Counted from the stretch's first letter, positions 1 through 10,056 are shown. The stretch is DNA of 64,000 nt from an uncultured Solirubrobacterales bacterium (GCA_963800705.1 CAWDBV010000002.1:632070-696069); one strand, 5' to 3'. Notes: generated from the letters alone by a model not told the origin. A program made the numbers and translations.

Positions 1-15
1 CGAGCTCGTGGATGC

Positions 16-621
16 TCACGGGCTCGGGTCCGGTCGGTGCACCCCGGAGGGCGTCACCGCGAGGGTGACGGGCCGGTCGTGCGGCTCGCTGGGTACGGAC
101 GGGAGCAGCTCCCCGTCGTAGAGCAGGGCGACCACTGCCCGCCCGGGCGGCACCCGGCGCAGCGCGCGGTCGTACGACCCCCCGCCGCGGCCCAGGCGGG
201 AGCCGTCCGGCCCCACGGCCAGGGCCGGGACGACAACCAGGTCCGCCCCTGAGACCGCGTCCACGCCCAGGAGCTCCCCGTCGGGTGCCCGGGTCCCCCG
301 TGCGGCGGGCGACAGATGCTCCACTCCTGCGTAGATTGCCCAGTCCAGGTCGAGGTCGTCGCGAACCACGGGGAGCAGCACCCGGACGTCGCCCGACCGG
401 AACGCCCCCAGCAGCTCGTCGGTGGCAGGCTCGGTGCCGAGGGAGACGTAGAGGGCGACGGTCCGGGCGGACCGGGCCTGAGGAAGGGAGAGCAGGGCGG
501 CAGTGACCGAGGATGCGGCGGCAGCGCGCTCCGGGCCGGACATCGCCCGGCGCGCGGCGATGACGGCCGCGCGCAGCCGGGCCTTGGCGCCCCCCACATC
601 GACTCCCGTCCCAGCCGTCAC
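16..621 (-). CDS. 5-formyltetrahydrofolate cyclo-ligase (MTHFS)
   Basis: Only the last ~200 aa of the minus ORF 16..3183 look real. They carry LVVVPALAVGPDGSRLGRGGGSYDRAL, the GxGGGxYDR MTHFS signature. GTG starts are possible at 621 or 597; stop at 16-18. Confidence 0.8.
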   Translation of the reverse strand: MTAGTGVDVGGAKARLRAAVIAARRAMSGPERAAAASSVTAALLSLPQARSARTVALYVSLGTEPATDELLGAFRSGDVRVLLPVVRDDLDLDWAIYAGVEHLSPAARGTRAPDGELLGVDAVSGADLVVVPALAVGPDGSRLGRGGGSYDRALRRVPPGRAVVALLYDGELLPSVPSEPHDRPVTLAVTPSGVHRPDPSP

Positions 622-705
622 GCGGTCATCGTCCCAGCCGTGGGCGGGTCGCGGCAGGCTCGACCGGCGGCCGGGACGGCGCCGGGGCGTGCGCGGCGGC
701 CCGGC

Positions 706-2679
706 GTGAGCCTGCGTCGCCGGCTCTGGCTCGTCCTCGCCGGCCTGTTCCTGGTGCCTCTGGTCGTCGGCGCTCTCGTGCTGCTGGTCGCGGTCCCGGA
801 CGCGCGGTCCGACCGCTCGGCGGGCGACGCCTCGACCGCGTCGGCTGCCGTGCGCTCCGAGCTGCGCGACGAGTGCACCGAGGTCAACCTCGCGGCCCAG
901 CTCACGGCACTCACGGCGGTCGCCGGGACGCCGCAGGCCGCGGTCGCCACCGTGGTGGGGAGCTCGGTCGACTACGCCGCGGTGCTGGACTCGGACGGTG
1001 CGGTGCAGGCATCCGCCGGCCGGTTGCCGGCCGGTGCCCAGGTCACGGACCTGCCGCGCTGCACCGACGACTCGGTCGCCGCCCTGGGTGCCGCCGCCGC
1101 CCCCGTGGTCGCTCAGGAGTTCACCCCCGACGGGGCCGGCGACCCGGTGCCCACCGCGGTGGTGGCCAAGCGGCTCGACCGTGAGCTGCTCGACGACGTC
1201 CGGCAGCGGTCCGGGACACCCGGCGAGATCGTCCTGCTGGCCGGGGACGACGTCGTCCTGTCCACGCTGGGCCCGGCCACCACCGCCGACCTCGTCCGAG
1301 CCACCCGGGACCGGACCGGGGTGGTCGCCGTCGACGGCTGGACCGCGCGGGTCGGCCCCCCGCAGGGAGGGATCCCCTGGACCACCGTGGTCGCGGTGCG
1401 CGACACCGGGGGCAGCAGCGCCGGGCTGCTGACACTGATCCTGGTGGCCGGCGCGCTGGCGGCCGGAGCCCTTGTCACGGTCGTGGCTCGTAACCTGAGC
1501 CGGCCCTACGCCGAGATCACCGAGGCCGCCGAACGGGTCGCCGGCGGCGACCTCGACGCCAGCATCTCCGCAACCACCGACGGTGAGGCGGGACGGCTCG
1601 GCAGCGCCTTCAACACGCTGACCGGCGAGCTGCGCCGCAGCGTCGCCGAGGTGGAGCGCAGCCGGGACGACTTGCGCGACTCGCTCGAGCGGATCGGCGA
1701 CACGCTGACCAGCACCCACGACCTCGACGGCCTGCTTCACGTCGTCCTCGAGACCGCGGTGGTCACCCTGCAGGCAAGGGCGGGCGCCGTCCTGCACCTG
1801 CAGGCCGACCGGCTCCAGCTCGTCGCCGAGCACGGGCTGCACGAGAGCGGCTTGCCGCCGCCGGTGTCGGTGGCTCCCGGCGCCGGGGTCCTCGGCCGGG
1901 TGCTGTCGACCGGCGAGTGCGCGCGAGGCCGGCTGGGGTCCGCGGGGCTGGCGGCAGCCGGCACCGAGCCGGCCGAAGGCGTCGTGCTCGCGGTACCGTT
2001 GCGCAGCATGGGCAACGTCGTCGCCGTTGTCGCGCTGTACGACCGCCTGGACGGACGGAGCTTCGACGCGGCCGACGAGGATGCGCTGCGCACTCTCGCC
2101 AACCAGGCGAGCATCGCGGTGGACAACATCCACCTGCACCATGAGGCGCAGCGGTTGTCCACCACGGATGCGCTGACCGGCCTGTGGAACTTCCGCTACC
2201 TGTCGATGAGCCTGGCCCGGGAGATCGAGCGGTCCACCCGGTTCGACCGTCCGCTGGCCGTCCTGATGCTCGACCTGGACCACTTCAAGCGGGTCAACGA
2301 CCGCCACGGCCACGCACGAGGGGACGCGGTCCTGCGGGAGCTGTCGCACCGGGTCCAGGAGCAGGTCCGCGAGGTGGACACGTTCGCCCGCTACGGGGGC
2401 GAGGAGTTCGTCGTGGTCCTCCCGGAGACCTCGGTCGAGGGGGCCGTCCAGCTGGCCGAGCGGATCTGTGTGGCGGTGCGCCGGAACCCGTTCCGGCAGG
2501 ACGGGGAGGAGGCGCTGGACATCTCGGTCTCGATCGGTGTGGCGTCGTTCCCGGCGCACGGGCAGACCCCGGCGACCCTGATGCGGGCCGCCGACCAGGC
2601 CCTGTACACGGCCAAGGCGGCCGGCCGGGACCAGTGGTACGTGCCCGACGTCGACAACGTGGGCGCGTCCGGCTCCTAG
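706..2679 (+). CDS. Membrane-bound diguanylate cyclase (TM-sensor-TM-HAMP-GAF-GGDEF)
   Basis: ORF 316..2679 trimmed to GTG 706, just before the TM helix LWLVLAGLFLVPLVVGALVLLVAV. It has a second TM plus a HAMP-like segment (AERVAGGDLDA..GRLGSAFNTL) and a GAF-like middle. The C-terminal GGDEF domain has RYGGEEF, with an REVD (RxxD) I-site 5 aa upstream. Confidence 0.9.
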   Translation: MSLRRRLWLVLAGLFLVPLVVGALVLLVAVPDARSDRSAGDASTASAAVRSELRDECTEVNLAAQLTALTAVAGTPQAAVATVVGSSVDYAAVLDSDGAVQASAGRLPAGAQVTDLPRCTDDSVAALGAAAAPVVAQEFTPDGAGDPVPTAVVAKRLDRELLDDVRQRSGTPGEIVLLAGDDVVLSTLGPATTADLVRATRDRTGVVAVDGWTARVGPPQGGIPWTTVVAVRDTGGSSAGLLTLILVAGALAAGALVTVVARNLSRPYAEITEAAERVAGGDLDASISATTDGEAGRLGSAFNTLTGELRRSVAEVERSRDDLRDSLERIGDTLTSTHDLDGLLHVVLETAVVTLQARAGAVLHLQADRLQLVAEHGLHESGLPPPVSVAPGAGVLGRVLSTGECARGRLGSAGLAAAGTEPAEGVVLAVPLRSMGNVVAVVALYDRLDGRSFDAADEDALRTLANQASIAVDNIHLHHEAQRLSTTDALTGLWNFRYLSMSLAREIERSTRFDRPLAVLMLDLDHFKRVNDRHGHARGDAVLRELSHRVQEQVREVDTFARYGGEEFVVVLPETSVEGAVQLAERICVAVRRNPFRQDGEEALDISVSIGVASFPAHGQTPATLMRAADQALYTAKAAGRDQWYVPDVDNVGASGS

Positions 2680-2700
2680 GCGGCCACTAGGGTCTGCGTC

Positions 2701-3621
2701 ATGGCCAGCGACCCGCCGACCGCGCCGCACCGTCCTGTGACCAAGGCCGTCGTGACGGTTGCCGGGCTGGGCACCAGGTTCCTCCCGGCGACCAAGGCGA
2801 CGCCGAAGGAGATGCTCCCCGTCGTCGACAAGCCGGCCATCCAGTACGTCGTCGAGGAGGCTGTTGCCGCGGGGCTGACAGACGTGTTGCTCGTCACCGG
2901 GCGCAACAAGAACGCCATCGAGAACCACTTCGACCGCAACTGGGAGCTCGAGGCCGCGCTCGAGGCGAAGGGCGACACCGAAAGGCTCGCGCGGGTGCGC
3001 GAGTCCGCCGTTGGCGCCGACATGCACTACACCCGGCAGGGCGACCCGCGGGGCCTCGGGCACGCCGTGCTCTGCGCCGCCCGGCACGTCGGCTCCGAGC
3101 CGTTCGTCGTCCTGCTCGGCGACGACCTGATCGACGTGCGCGACAACCTGCTCTCGACGATGCTCGACGTACGGGCCCGGCACGGCGGCAGCGTGGTCGC
3201 CCTCATGCGTGTCCCGAAGGACCAGGTGAACCTCTACGGCTGCGCAGCCGTCTCCGACTCAGGAGACCCTGTTGCCGTGACCATCACCGACCTCGTCGAG
3301 AAGCCTCCGGTGGAGGAGGCGCCGAGCGACCTTGCTGTCATCGGCCGTTACCTCCTGGACCCCGGCGTCTTCGACGTCCTCCGGAAGACCGACCCCGGCC
3401 GCGGGGGCGAGATCCAGCTCACCGACGCGCTGCGGCAGATGGCCGTCACCGGCGATCAGGGTCCGGTCCACGGCGTCATCTTCGAGGGCCGTCGCTACGA
3501 CACGGGCGACCGCCTGGAGTACCTCAAGACAGTCGTGCGGCTCGCCAGCGAGCGGGACGATCTCGGTCCCGACTTCACTGCATGGCTGCGCGACTTCGTC
3601 GCGACCGGGCTGCCCCGATGA
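2701..3621 (+). CDS. galU: UTP--glucose-1-phosphate uridylyltransferase
   Basis: 306-aa ORF with the N-terminal motif VVTVAGLGTRFLPATKATPKEMLPVVDKPAIQY and GLGHAV. Its stop overlaps the next start (ATGA). Confidence 0.9.
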   Translation: MASDPPTAPHRPVTKAVVTVAGLGTRFLPATKATPKEMLPVVDKPAIQYVVEEAVAAGLTDVLLVTGRNKNAIENHFDRNWELEAALEAKGDTERLARVRESAVGADMHYTRQGDPRGLGHAVLCAARHVGSEPFVVLLGDDLIDVRDNLLSTMLDVRARHGGSVVALMRVPKDQVNLYGCAAVSDSGDPVAVTITDLVEKPPVEEAPSDLAVIGRYLLDPGVFDVLRKTDPGRGGEIQLTDALRQMAVTGDQGPVHGVIFEGRRYDTGDRLEYLKTVVRLASERDDLGPDFTAWLRDFVATGLPR

Positions 3622-4868
3622 GCGAGCTGGAGTCACCCGGTGAGCTCAAGTCGGTCGAGCAGCACCTGGCCGACGTCCTCGGCGCCATCGAGGCGATCGC
3701 CCCGCTCGACCTCCAGCTGCTGGACGCGCACGGCTGCATCCTGGCCGAGGAGGTGACCGCCGAGGTCGACCTGCCGCCGTTCGACAACGCCTCGCACGAC
3801 GGGTACGCGGTCCGGGTCGACGACGTCGCCCCGGCGTCGACAACCGACCCCGTCCGGCTGCCTGTCGTCGGCGACGTCGCGGCCGGCGCACCGTCGAGCT
3901 ACTCGGTTCAGCCAGGCATGTCGGTGCGGATCATGACCGGCGCCCCGATGCCCACCGGGGCCGACGCCGTCGTCCCGCTCGAGTGGACCGACCGGGGGCT
4001 CGCGTCCGTCGCGATCAACCGGCCAGCGCAGTCCGGCGCACATATCCGGCGCCGGGGCGAGGACGTCACCACCGGCCAGGTCGTGCTCGAGGCCGGCACC
4101 CGGCTCGGCCCCGGACAGCTCGGGCTGCTCGCTGCCGTCGGCCGTGACCGCGTCGTCGTACGACCCCGGCCCCGCGTCGTCATCGTGTCCACCGGCAGCG
4201 AGCTGGTCGAGCCGGGCACCCGCCCGACGGCGGGCCAGATCCACGACTCGAACTCGTACATGCTCACGACGGCGGCGCGCGAGGCCGGCGCGCTGGCGTT
4301 CCGCGTCGGCATCATCCCGGACGACGCCCGGACGCTCATGAACGCGCTCGAGGACCAGCTGATCCGCGCCGACCTGGTCCTCACGAGCGGCGGGGTCAGC
4401 GTCGGCGCCTACGACGTCGTCAAGGAGGTCCTGTCGCGTCTCGGGACCGTGAAGTTCGAGAAGGTCGCGATGCAGCCCGGCAAGCCCCAGGGATTCGGCA
4501 CCATCGGCCCCGACTCGACGCCGATCATCACCCTGCCCGGGAACCCGGTCTCGTCCTACGTGTCGTTCGAGGTCTTCGTGCGACCGGTGATCCGGCGGAT
4601 GCTCGGCGTCGAGCCGCTGCACCGCCCGACGGTGCGCGCGGTCAGTGTCGAAGGACTGGTCTCGCCCGCGGGGCGGCGGCAGTACCTGCGCGGCTGGCTC
4701 GACGTGGCCGACGGCCGCTACGTCGTGCGACCTGTCGGCGGGAGCGGCTCGCACCTCGTCGGGGCGCTCGCCCAGGCGAACGCGCTCATCGTCGTACCCG
4801 AGGCGGTCACCGAGGTGCCCGAGGGAGGCGCCGTCGAGGTGATGGTCCTGGAGCGCCGGTTGTCATGA
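3618..4868 (+). CDS. moeA: MoeA-family molybdopterin molybdenumtransferase / gephyrin-like protein
   Basis: MoeA motifs LPPFDNASHDGYAV, IMTGAPMP, LTSGGVSVGAYDVV and MQPGKP. ATG 3618 overlaps the galU stop. The locus position matches moeA1/glp of Actinobacteria. Confidence 0.9.
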   Translation: MSELESPGELKSVEQHLADVLGAIEAIAPLDLQLLDAHGCILAEEVTAEVDLPPFDNASHDGYAVRVDDVAPASTTDPVRLPVVGDVAAGAPSSYSVQPGMSVRIMTGAPMPTGADAVVPLEWTDRGLASVAINRPAQSGAHIRRRGEDVTTGQVVLEAGTRLGPGQLGLLAAVGRDRVVVRPRPRVVIVSTGSELVEPGTRPTAGQIHDSNSYMLTTAAREAGALAFRVGIIPDDARTLMNALEDQLIRADLVLTSGGVSVGAYDVVKEVLSRLGTVKFEKVAMQPGKPQGFGTIGPDSTPIITLPGNPVSSYVSFEVFVRPVIRRMLGVEPLHRPTVRAVSVEGLVSPAGRRQYLRGWLDVADGRYVVRPVGGSGSHLVGALAQANALIVVPEAVTEVPEGGAVEVMVLERRLS

Positions 4869-5368
4869 GCGAGCAGCCGCGGCGCCTGACGCACGTCGAC
4901 GAACACGGTGCGGCCCGCATGGTCGACGTGTCCGGCAAGGACGTCACGGTGCGGACGGCGACAGCGTCCGGTCGGGTCCTCGTCTCGACCGAGGTGGTGG
5001 CCCTGCTGCGGGGCGCCGGGCTGCCGAAGGGCGATGCGATCGCGGTCGCGCGGATCGCCGGGATCCAGGCTGCGAAGCGGACGCCCGACCTCGTGCCGCT
5101 CTGCCATCCGATTGCCATCCACGGCGTCGAGGTCGACCTGCGGGTCGCCGACGACTGCGTGTACGTGACGGCCACGGTCCGCACCGCCGACCGCACCGGC
5201 GTCGAGATGGAGGCGTTGACGTGCGTGGCGGTTGCCGGCCTCGCCCTCGTCGACATGGTCAAGGCGGTCGACAAGGGCGCGACCATCACCGACGTGCGGG
5301 TCGAGTCCAAGACCGGTGGCCGCTCCGGCACCTGGACCCGGGCGCCCGGTGACGGCGGCCCCTCGTGA
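4865..5368 (+). CDS. moaC: Cyclic pyranopterin monophosphate synthase MoaC
   Basis: 167 aa with LTHVDEHGAARMVDVSGKDVT..LCHPI..VEMEALT, a typical MoaC. ATGA overlap with moeA. Confidence 0.9.
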   Translation: MSEQPRRLTHVDEHGAARMVDVSGKDVTVRTATASGRVLVSTEVVALLRGAGLPKGDAIAVARIAGIQAAKRTPDLVPLCHPIAIHGVEVDLRVADDCVYVTATVRTADRTGVEMEALTCVAVAGLALVDMVKAVDKGATITDVRVESKTGGRSGTWTRAPGDGGPS

Positions 5369-5835
5369 GAGGGCTCGTGGTGTCGGTCTCCAACCGTGCC
5401 AGCGCCGGCGTCTACGAGGACCGGACCGGGCCTGTGCTCGTCGCGGGCCTTGCTGCCCTCGGCTTCGACGTCGACGGACCGCGGGTGGTGCCCGACGGCG
5501 AGCCGGTGGCGGCAGTGCTGCGCGAGGCGGTCGCGTCGGCGTACGACGTGGTCCTCACGTCCGGCGGGACGGGCATCACACCCAACGACCGGACCCCCGA
5601 GATGACCCGTGAGGTGCTCGACACCGACCTGCCGGGCATCGCCGAGGCGCTTCGGGCCCATGGCGTCGGCAAGGGGGTGCCGACAGCGGTGCTCTCGCGT
5701 GGGCTGGCCGGGCTCGCGGGGACCACGCTGGTGGTCAACCTGCCGGGCTCGCCGGGCGGTGTGCGGGACGGGCTCGAGGTGCTCGCGCCGCTGCTGGTGC
5801 ACGCGGTCGAGCAGGTCCACGGGAGCGACCACTGA
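5365..5835 (+). CDS. MoaB/MogA-family molybdenum cofactor biosynthesis protein
   Basis: 156 aa with the LTSGGTGITPNDRTPE MoCF-biosynthesis domain. GTGA overlap with moaC. Confidence 0.85.
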   Translation: MRGLVVSVSNRASAGVYEDRTGPVLVAGLAALGFDVDGPRVVPDGEPVAAVLREAVASAYDVVLTSGGTGITPNDRTPEMTREVLDTDLPGIAEALRAHGVGKGVPTAVLSRGLAGLAGTTLVVNLPGSPGGVRDGLEVLAPLLVHAVEQVHGSDH

Positions 5836-5837
5836 CC

Positions 5838-6502
5838 ATGCCTAGCCGGGGGCCGAGCAAGGGGCCGACAGGGGCCGACCACGGGCTGGCCGGCGACGCT
5901 GCGCGCCGGCCGGGTCGGCCTGCGACCGATCACCCGCCAAGACCGCACGGCCTGGCTCGAGGTCCGCTCGCGCAACGCGGCCTGGCTGGCCCCGTGGGAG
6001 GCGACCCCCCCGCGCGACAACGGTCGGGCCCTGATGCTTCCACCAGATGGTTCGGTCGCTGCGGCGCCAGGCTCGCCGGGGCTTGATGCTGCCCTTCGTC
6101 GTCACCCACGACGAGCAGCTTGTTGGTCAGGTCACCGTCGGCGGCATCACGTGGGGGTCGCTGTCCCCGGCCACGTCGGCTACTGGGTCGACCAGCGGGT
6201 CGCCGGCCGAGGCGTCATGCCGACCGCGGTCGCCCTGGCCGCGGACCACTGCTTCGGCACTGTGGGGCTGCATCGCCTCGAGGTCGAACATCCGGCCGGA
6301 GAACGCGGCGTCGCTGCGGGTGGTCGAGAAGCTCGACTTCCGCGAGGAGGGCACCCGGGCCGCGTTCCTGCACATCGCCGGCGCCTGGCGTGACCACCGG
6401 TCCTTCGCCCTCACGGCGGAGGAGGTCCCGGACGGCCTGCTGGCCCGTTGGCAGGTGGCCCAGCAGCGCCGAATCACATGGTCACATCAGCCACAGGACT
6501 GA
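5838..6502 (+). pseudogene. rimJ: RimJ/RimL-type GNAT N-acetyltransferase, read through 3-4 frameshifts
   Basis: Homologous segments alternate between two frames:
- WPATLRAGRVGLRPITRQDRTAWLEVRSRNAAWLAPWEA
- MVRSLRRQARRGLMLPFVVTHDEQLVGQVTVGGITWGSL
- HVGYWVDQRVAGRGVMPTAVALAADHCFGTVGLHRLEV
- NIRPENAASLRVVEKLDFREEGTRAAFLHIAGAWRDHRSFALTAEE. Confidence 0.75.
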
Positions 6503-6558
6503 TCGTGCGACACACCGGCCACGCTGGCCGTGACGCGGAGTCGCCCTACCGTGACCGG

Positions 6559-7458
6559 GTGGGGAGCGGGATCATCTACGCGGTCATCATCGTGATGTGG
6601 GCTGCGTACTTCATCCCCCGCTGGCTGCGCAGGCACGAGGAGCTCCCGAGACGAGGTCGGTCGAGAAGTTCGACCAGGCGATGCGGATCCTCTCGCGCCG
6701 CGAGGCCACCCCGGACCGGCGCTAGGTGGTCATGCCGCCCAGGCCGGCGGCCCCGCGCGCGACCCTGCCGGCCCGGACGCCGCTGCCCGCCCAGCGCAGC
6801 GCGTCCGTCCGGCCGCGCCGGGCAAGCAGAGTGCCGTCCGCCGACGTCGGGTGCTCGCCGGGCTGCTGCTCTCGACGTTCGTCGCGACGGTGCTCGCCCC
6901 GCTGACGGCGGTGCCCTGGTGGGCGCCGCTGACGATGCTGGTCCTCACGCTCGCCGACATCGCGCACCTGCGCGCCCAGGTCCGCAGCAGCCGTGAGGTC
7001 ACCCGGTCCAGGGAGGCCGTCCGCGCAGCATGCTCCTCGCGCCTGCTGCGCTTCGACTCTCTCGACAGGCTATGTCGGTACGCCGGGAGCTGGCCGAGGA
7101 CGCGCGCCGCCGAGGACGCCCGCGGGCCGCCGCGGAGGAGGCCGCGACGAAAGGGCCGCGCCAGGAGGAGCGGAGCGTCGCCGACGAGGCGGCCGGTGGG
7201 ACCCCGCCCGGTGCCGCTGCCCACCTACGTGAGAAGCCGGTCGCGCCCGGACGCACCCGATCGACCTGACCAAGCCCGGAGCCTGGACCGAGGCGCAGCC
7301 CGCAATCCCCGCAGCGCGACGCACGCCGTCCGCCCCGGCCGCCAACGGTGGAGCCGACCGCGGCGCCACGCTCCGGGATGTCGGCGCTTGTCGACGACGC
7401 CGACTCGGCCGAGGAGCAGCTCGGAGCCATCATCGAGCGCCGCGCGGTGAACGACTGA
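6559..7458 (+). pseudogene. GlpR/SepX-like divisome membrane protein, fragmented over all three frames
   Basis: GTG 6559 is followed by GSGIIYAVIIVMWAAYFIPRWLRRHEEL (N-terminal TM). VEKFDQAMRILSRREATPDRR follows in another frame. A second TM block is LAGLLLSTFVATVLAPLTAVPWWAPLTMLVLTLADIAHLRAQV. The C-terminus is AEEQLGAIIERRAVND, with a stop at 7456-58. Its position after rimJ matches Rv0996/GlpR. Confidence 0.55.
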
Positions 7459-7506
7459 CCGGCACCCCCCCCCCAGCCGCCCTTGATAACCTCGTACGTC
7501 TCATCA

Positions 7507-7580
7507 GGGGGCTGTAGCGCAGCTGGTAGCGCACCTCGTTCGCAACGAGGGGGTCAGGGGTTCGAGTCCCCTCAGCTCCA
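7507..7580 (+). tRNA. tRNA-Ala (anticodon CGC)
   Basis: Manual cloverleaf. Acceptor GGGGCTG/CAGCTCC includes the G3:U70 alanine identity pair. The anticodon arm is CCTCG-TTCGCAA-CGAGG and the T-arm is AGGGG-TTCGAGT-CCCCT. CCA is not encoded. Confidence 0.9.
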
Positions 7581-8278
7581 CCCAGGTAGAGCCCTATTAG
7601 GGCCGAGAAGATCAACAAGAACGGTGAGTACAGCAGCAAAGTACGGCGCCTCAGCGCCGTCCGGGTCTCCGCGGAGCTGACCTCGCTGTGGACGTTCATC
7701 GTCATCGCTTCACGTGGGAGGAAAGCGCGCAACAGCACCTAGCCTTCTCCGACGAGGTCCAGCGCGGGTTCCGAACCGGCAGTGACTCGTCGCTGGCCGC
7801 GGTTCACCCTGCGGGTGTCATTGCCGGGCGCCGGCACGCAGGGGCTGCGATGTTGGCCGGGCACGGCTACGGCGCATCTTGTCGCCGGCAACAAATGATC
7901 GCGCGTCACGCCACTCCGACGATGTCGTCAGGTGCCAATCGCTGGCTCGAAAGCCGCAAAACGACGGTCTCCCTTCGGCCGACCGGATGGCAACACACCG
8001 AGCAGATCCGGCAGCAAGGATGGCTCTGCTGCACTCGACCGGTGATCCGGTGGGTGGAGCGTGCGGGTGAGCGTCCTGGTCGGGTCTGACTCGATGTTTC
8101 CGGCTGACGCCTTCGGGCTGTCTTGATAATGATCCGTCGGCCCGGCCTGGTCGCTCACCCGACACCGACCGGACGGGCGGAGTGACCTACTAGGAGCCTG
8201 CCGCACAGGCCCGTTGCTGTCTTGTCCGCCGTCCCGGTCGGCGCGGTGTCAACCGCCCGGCGAAAGGTGGAGGTTGGC

Positions 8279-9317
8279 ATGGACACGATGGCAAGGATCA
8301 CCGGCGGTGTCGATACGCATCTCGATGTGCGTGTCGCCGCCGCTCTCGACGCCGTCGGCGGGGTGCTGGGAACGGCGTCGTTCCCGACCACGACCGCGGG
8401 CTACCGCCAACTACTCAGTGGCTGCCCGTTCGGTCAGGTGCGCTGGTCGGGTGGAAGGGACCGGCAGCTACGGAGCCGGGCTGTACCCGGTCACCTGCAC
8501 TACCGCCGGGTCGAGGTGGTCGAGGTCGACCGGGGCAACCGGCAAGACCCGGCGGCAAGACCGGAAAGTCCGACACGCTCGACGCGGTCGCCGCCGGCAC
8601 GGGCCGTGCTCGCCGGGACCGCGAACGGCGCGGCCAAGACCCGTAACGGAAACGTCGAGTCATAAGGGTGTTCCGCGGGTCGCACGGTCAGCGCCAACAA
8701 GGCCCGCACCCAGGCGATCAACCAGCTCCACAGCCTGGTCTGCACCGCACCTGACGAGCTACGCGACAAGCTCCGGCAGCCGTCCACCGTCGAGCTGGTC
8801 CCGGCATGCGCCGCCCTGCGCCGGCCGGCCACTAACGATGTCGGGGCGGTCACCAAGAGGACGCTGCGGCGGTTGGCCCGGCGAGTGCGCCACCTCGACG
8901 AGGAGATCGCCGACCTGCAGGCGCTGATCGACCCCTGGTGCGGACGACGGCGCCCGAGCTTCGTGGCCCGCACGGCGTCGGCCCCGACACCGCAGCCGCG
9001 CTGCTCATCGCCGCCGGCGACAACCCCGAGCCGGCTGCGCAGTGAAGCTACCTTCGCCCGGCTCTGCGGGGCCGCACCGATCCCGGCGCACCAGCGGCAA
9101 GATCCAGCACCGTCACCGGCTGCACCGCGGCGGCGACCGGCAAGCCAACGCGGCCCTCTGGCGCATCGCCCTGACCCGGATGTCCAGCGACCCAGACACC
9201 CGCGACTACGTCACACGACGAACCAACGAAGGCCTGTCCAAACGCGAAGTCATGCGATGCCTCAAGCGCTACATCGCCCGCGAGCTCTACCCCTACCTCC
9301 CAGCAAATGCGGCTTGA
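8279..9317 (+). pseudogene. IS110-family (DEDD) transposase, multiply frameshifted
   Basis: The N-terminus MDTMARITGGVDTHLDVRVAAALD follows a good RBS (ggtggagg). Pieces are spread over three frames:
- VEGTGSYGAGL
- VEVVEVDRGNRQ
- ANKARTQAINQLHSLVCTAPDELRDKL
- SEATFARLCGAAPIPA
- HRLHRGGDRQANAALWRIALTRMSSDPDTRDYVTRRTNEGLSKREVMRCLKRYIARELY. Confidence 0.8.
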
Positions 9318-9344
9318 CGGCCCTAGGAGCATCATTTTGCGCGG

Positions 9345-10056
9345 ATGAGCATGGCCGGGGTATTGCGGAGACTGGACCGAGTTCTGCCTGCACGAGCGGG
9401 GTGGCTCGCCGAGTCGTGGCGGGATCCGGTGTCTGAGGCTGACCTACGCGACATGCGGAAAACGAGCTTGGGCCCTTCGCTGTGCCACCAGAGCTGGAGG
9501 CATTCCTGCGATGGCACGACGGCCAAGCGGAAACGACGTGGTGGCCCGCGCTTCTCGGGCACCTTCCGCTCGACCCGTCCGCCCGCATGGCTCAGCAGTA
9601 TCGCGAATGCCACGAACTCTGGCTGGTGGCAGATGACGGTTCACCGTTCCTGCCGACTTTGCTGCCGCTGACCTGGCACGGCTGGGGGCTCACCTGCCTT
9701 GAGGTGGACCCCGCTATTGCGTCCAGGGCTGTGGTAAACGCTGACCTCGACAATCCTGACTATCGAATCGATTATCCGTCATTGGAAGCGCTCCTCAATG
9801 TTGTGGCGGACCTAGCCGAGGCGGACCTGCTCGGCGAGCCCATCACCGAGCCGTGGACGCCCTTCTACCGGGCGGCGACCCCCATCGTGAACGCCTGTGT
9901 CAGACGCCATGCCGACCGGGCCTGGGATACGCCGACATCGACTGGTCGGAGCCCAGCCACGGCGATGGGCGTCAACCTCCGGCCCCGAGCTTCTACAAGA
10001 TCTTGTCCGACGGCTGGCCGGATCACTGGAAGCGTCACGCCGTGCATCGGGACTGA
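9345..10056 (+). pseudogene. SMI1/KNR4 (SUKH-1) family protein, about 2 frameshifts
   Basis: WRDPVSEADLRDMRKTSLG in one frame continues as PPELEAFLRWHDGQ...WLVADDGSPFLP...SLEALLNVVADL in a second frame. The tail (IDWSEP...ILSDGWPDHW) is in a third. Confidence 0.55.

Noticed and set aside
16-3183. 1055-aa minus-strand ORF spanning MTHFS, the GGDEF gene and galU
   Set aside because: Only its last ~200 aa resemble a real protein (MTHFS). The rest is Arg/Gly/Pro-rich antisense read-through of well-supported plus-strand genes, typical of 70% G+C DNA.
7430-7738. 102-aa minus ORF
   Set aside because: It overlaps the tRNA-Ala gene on the opposite strand and is spurious.
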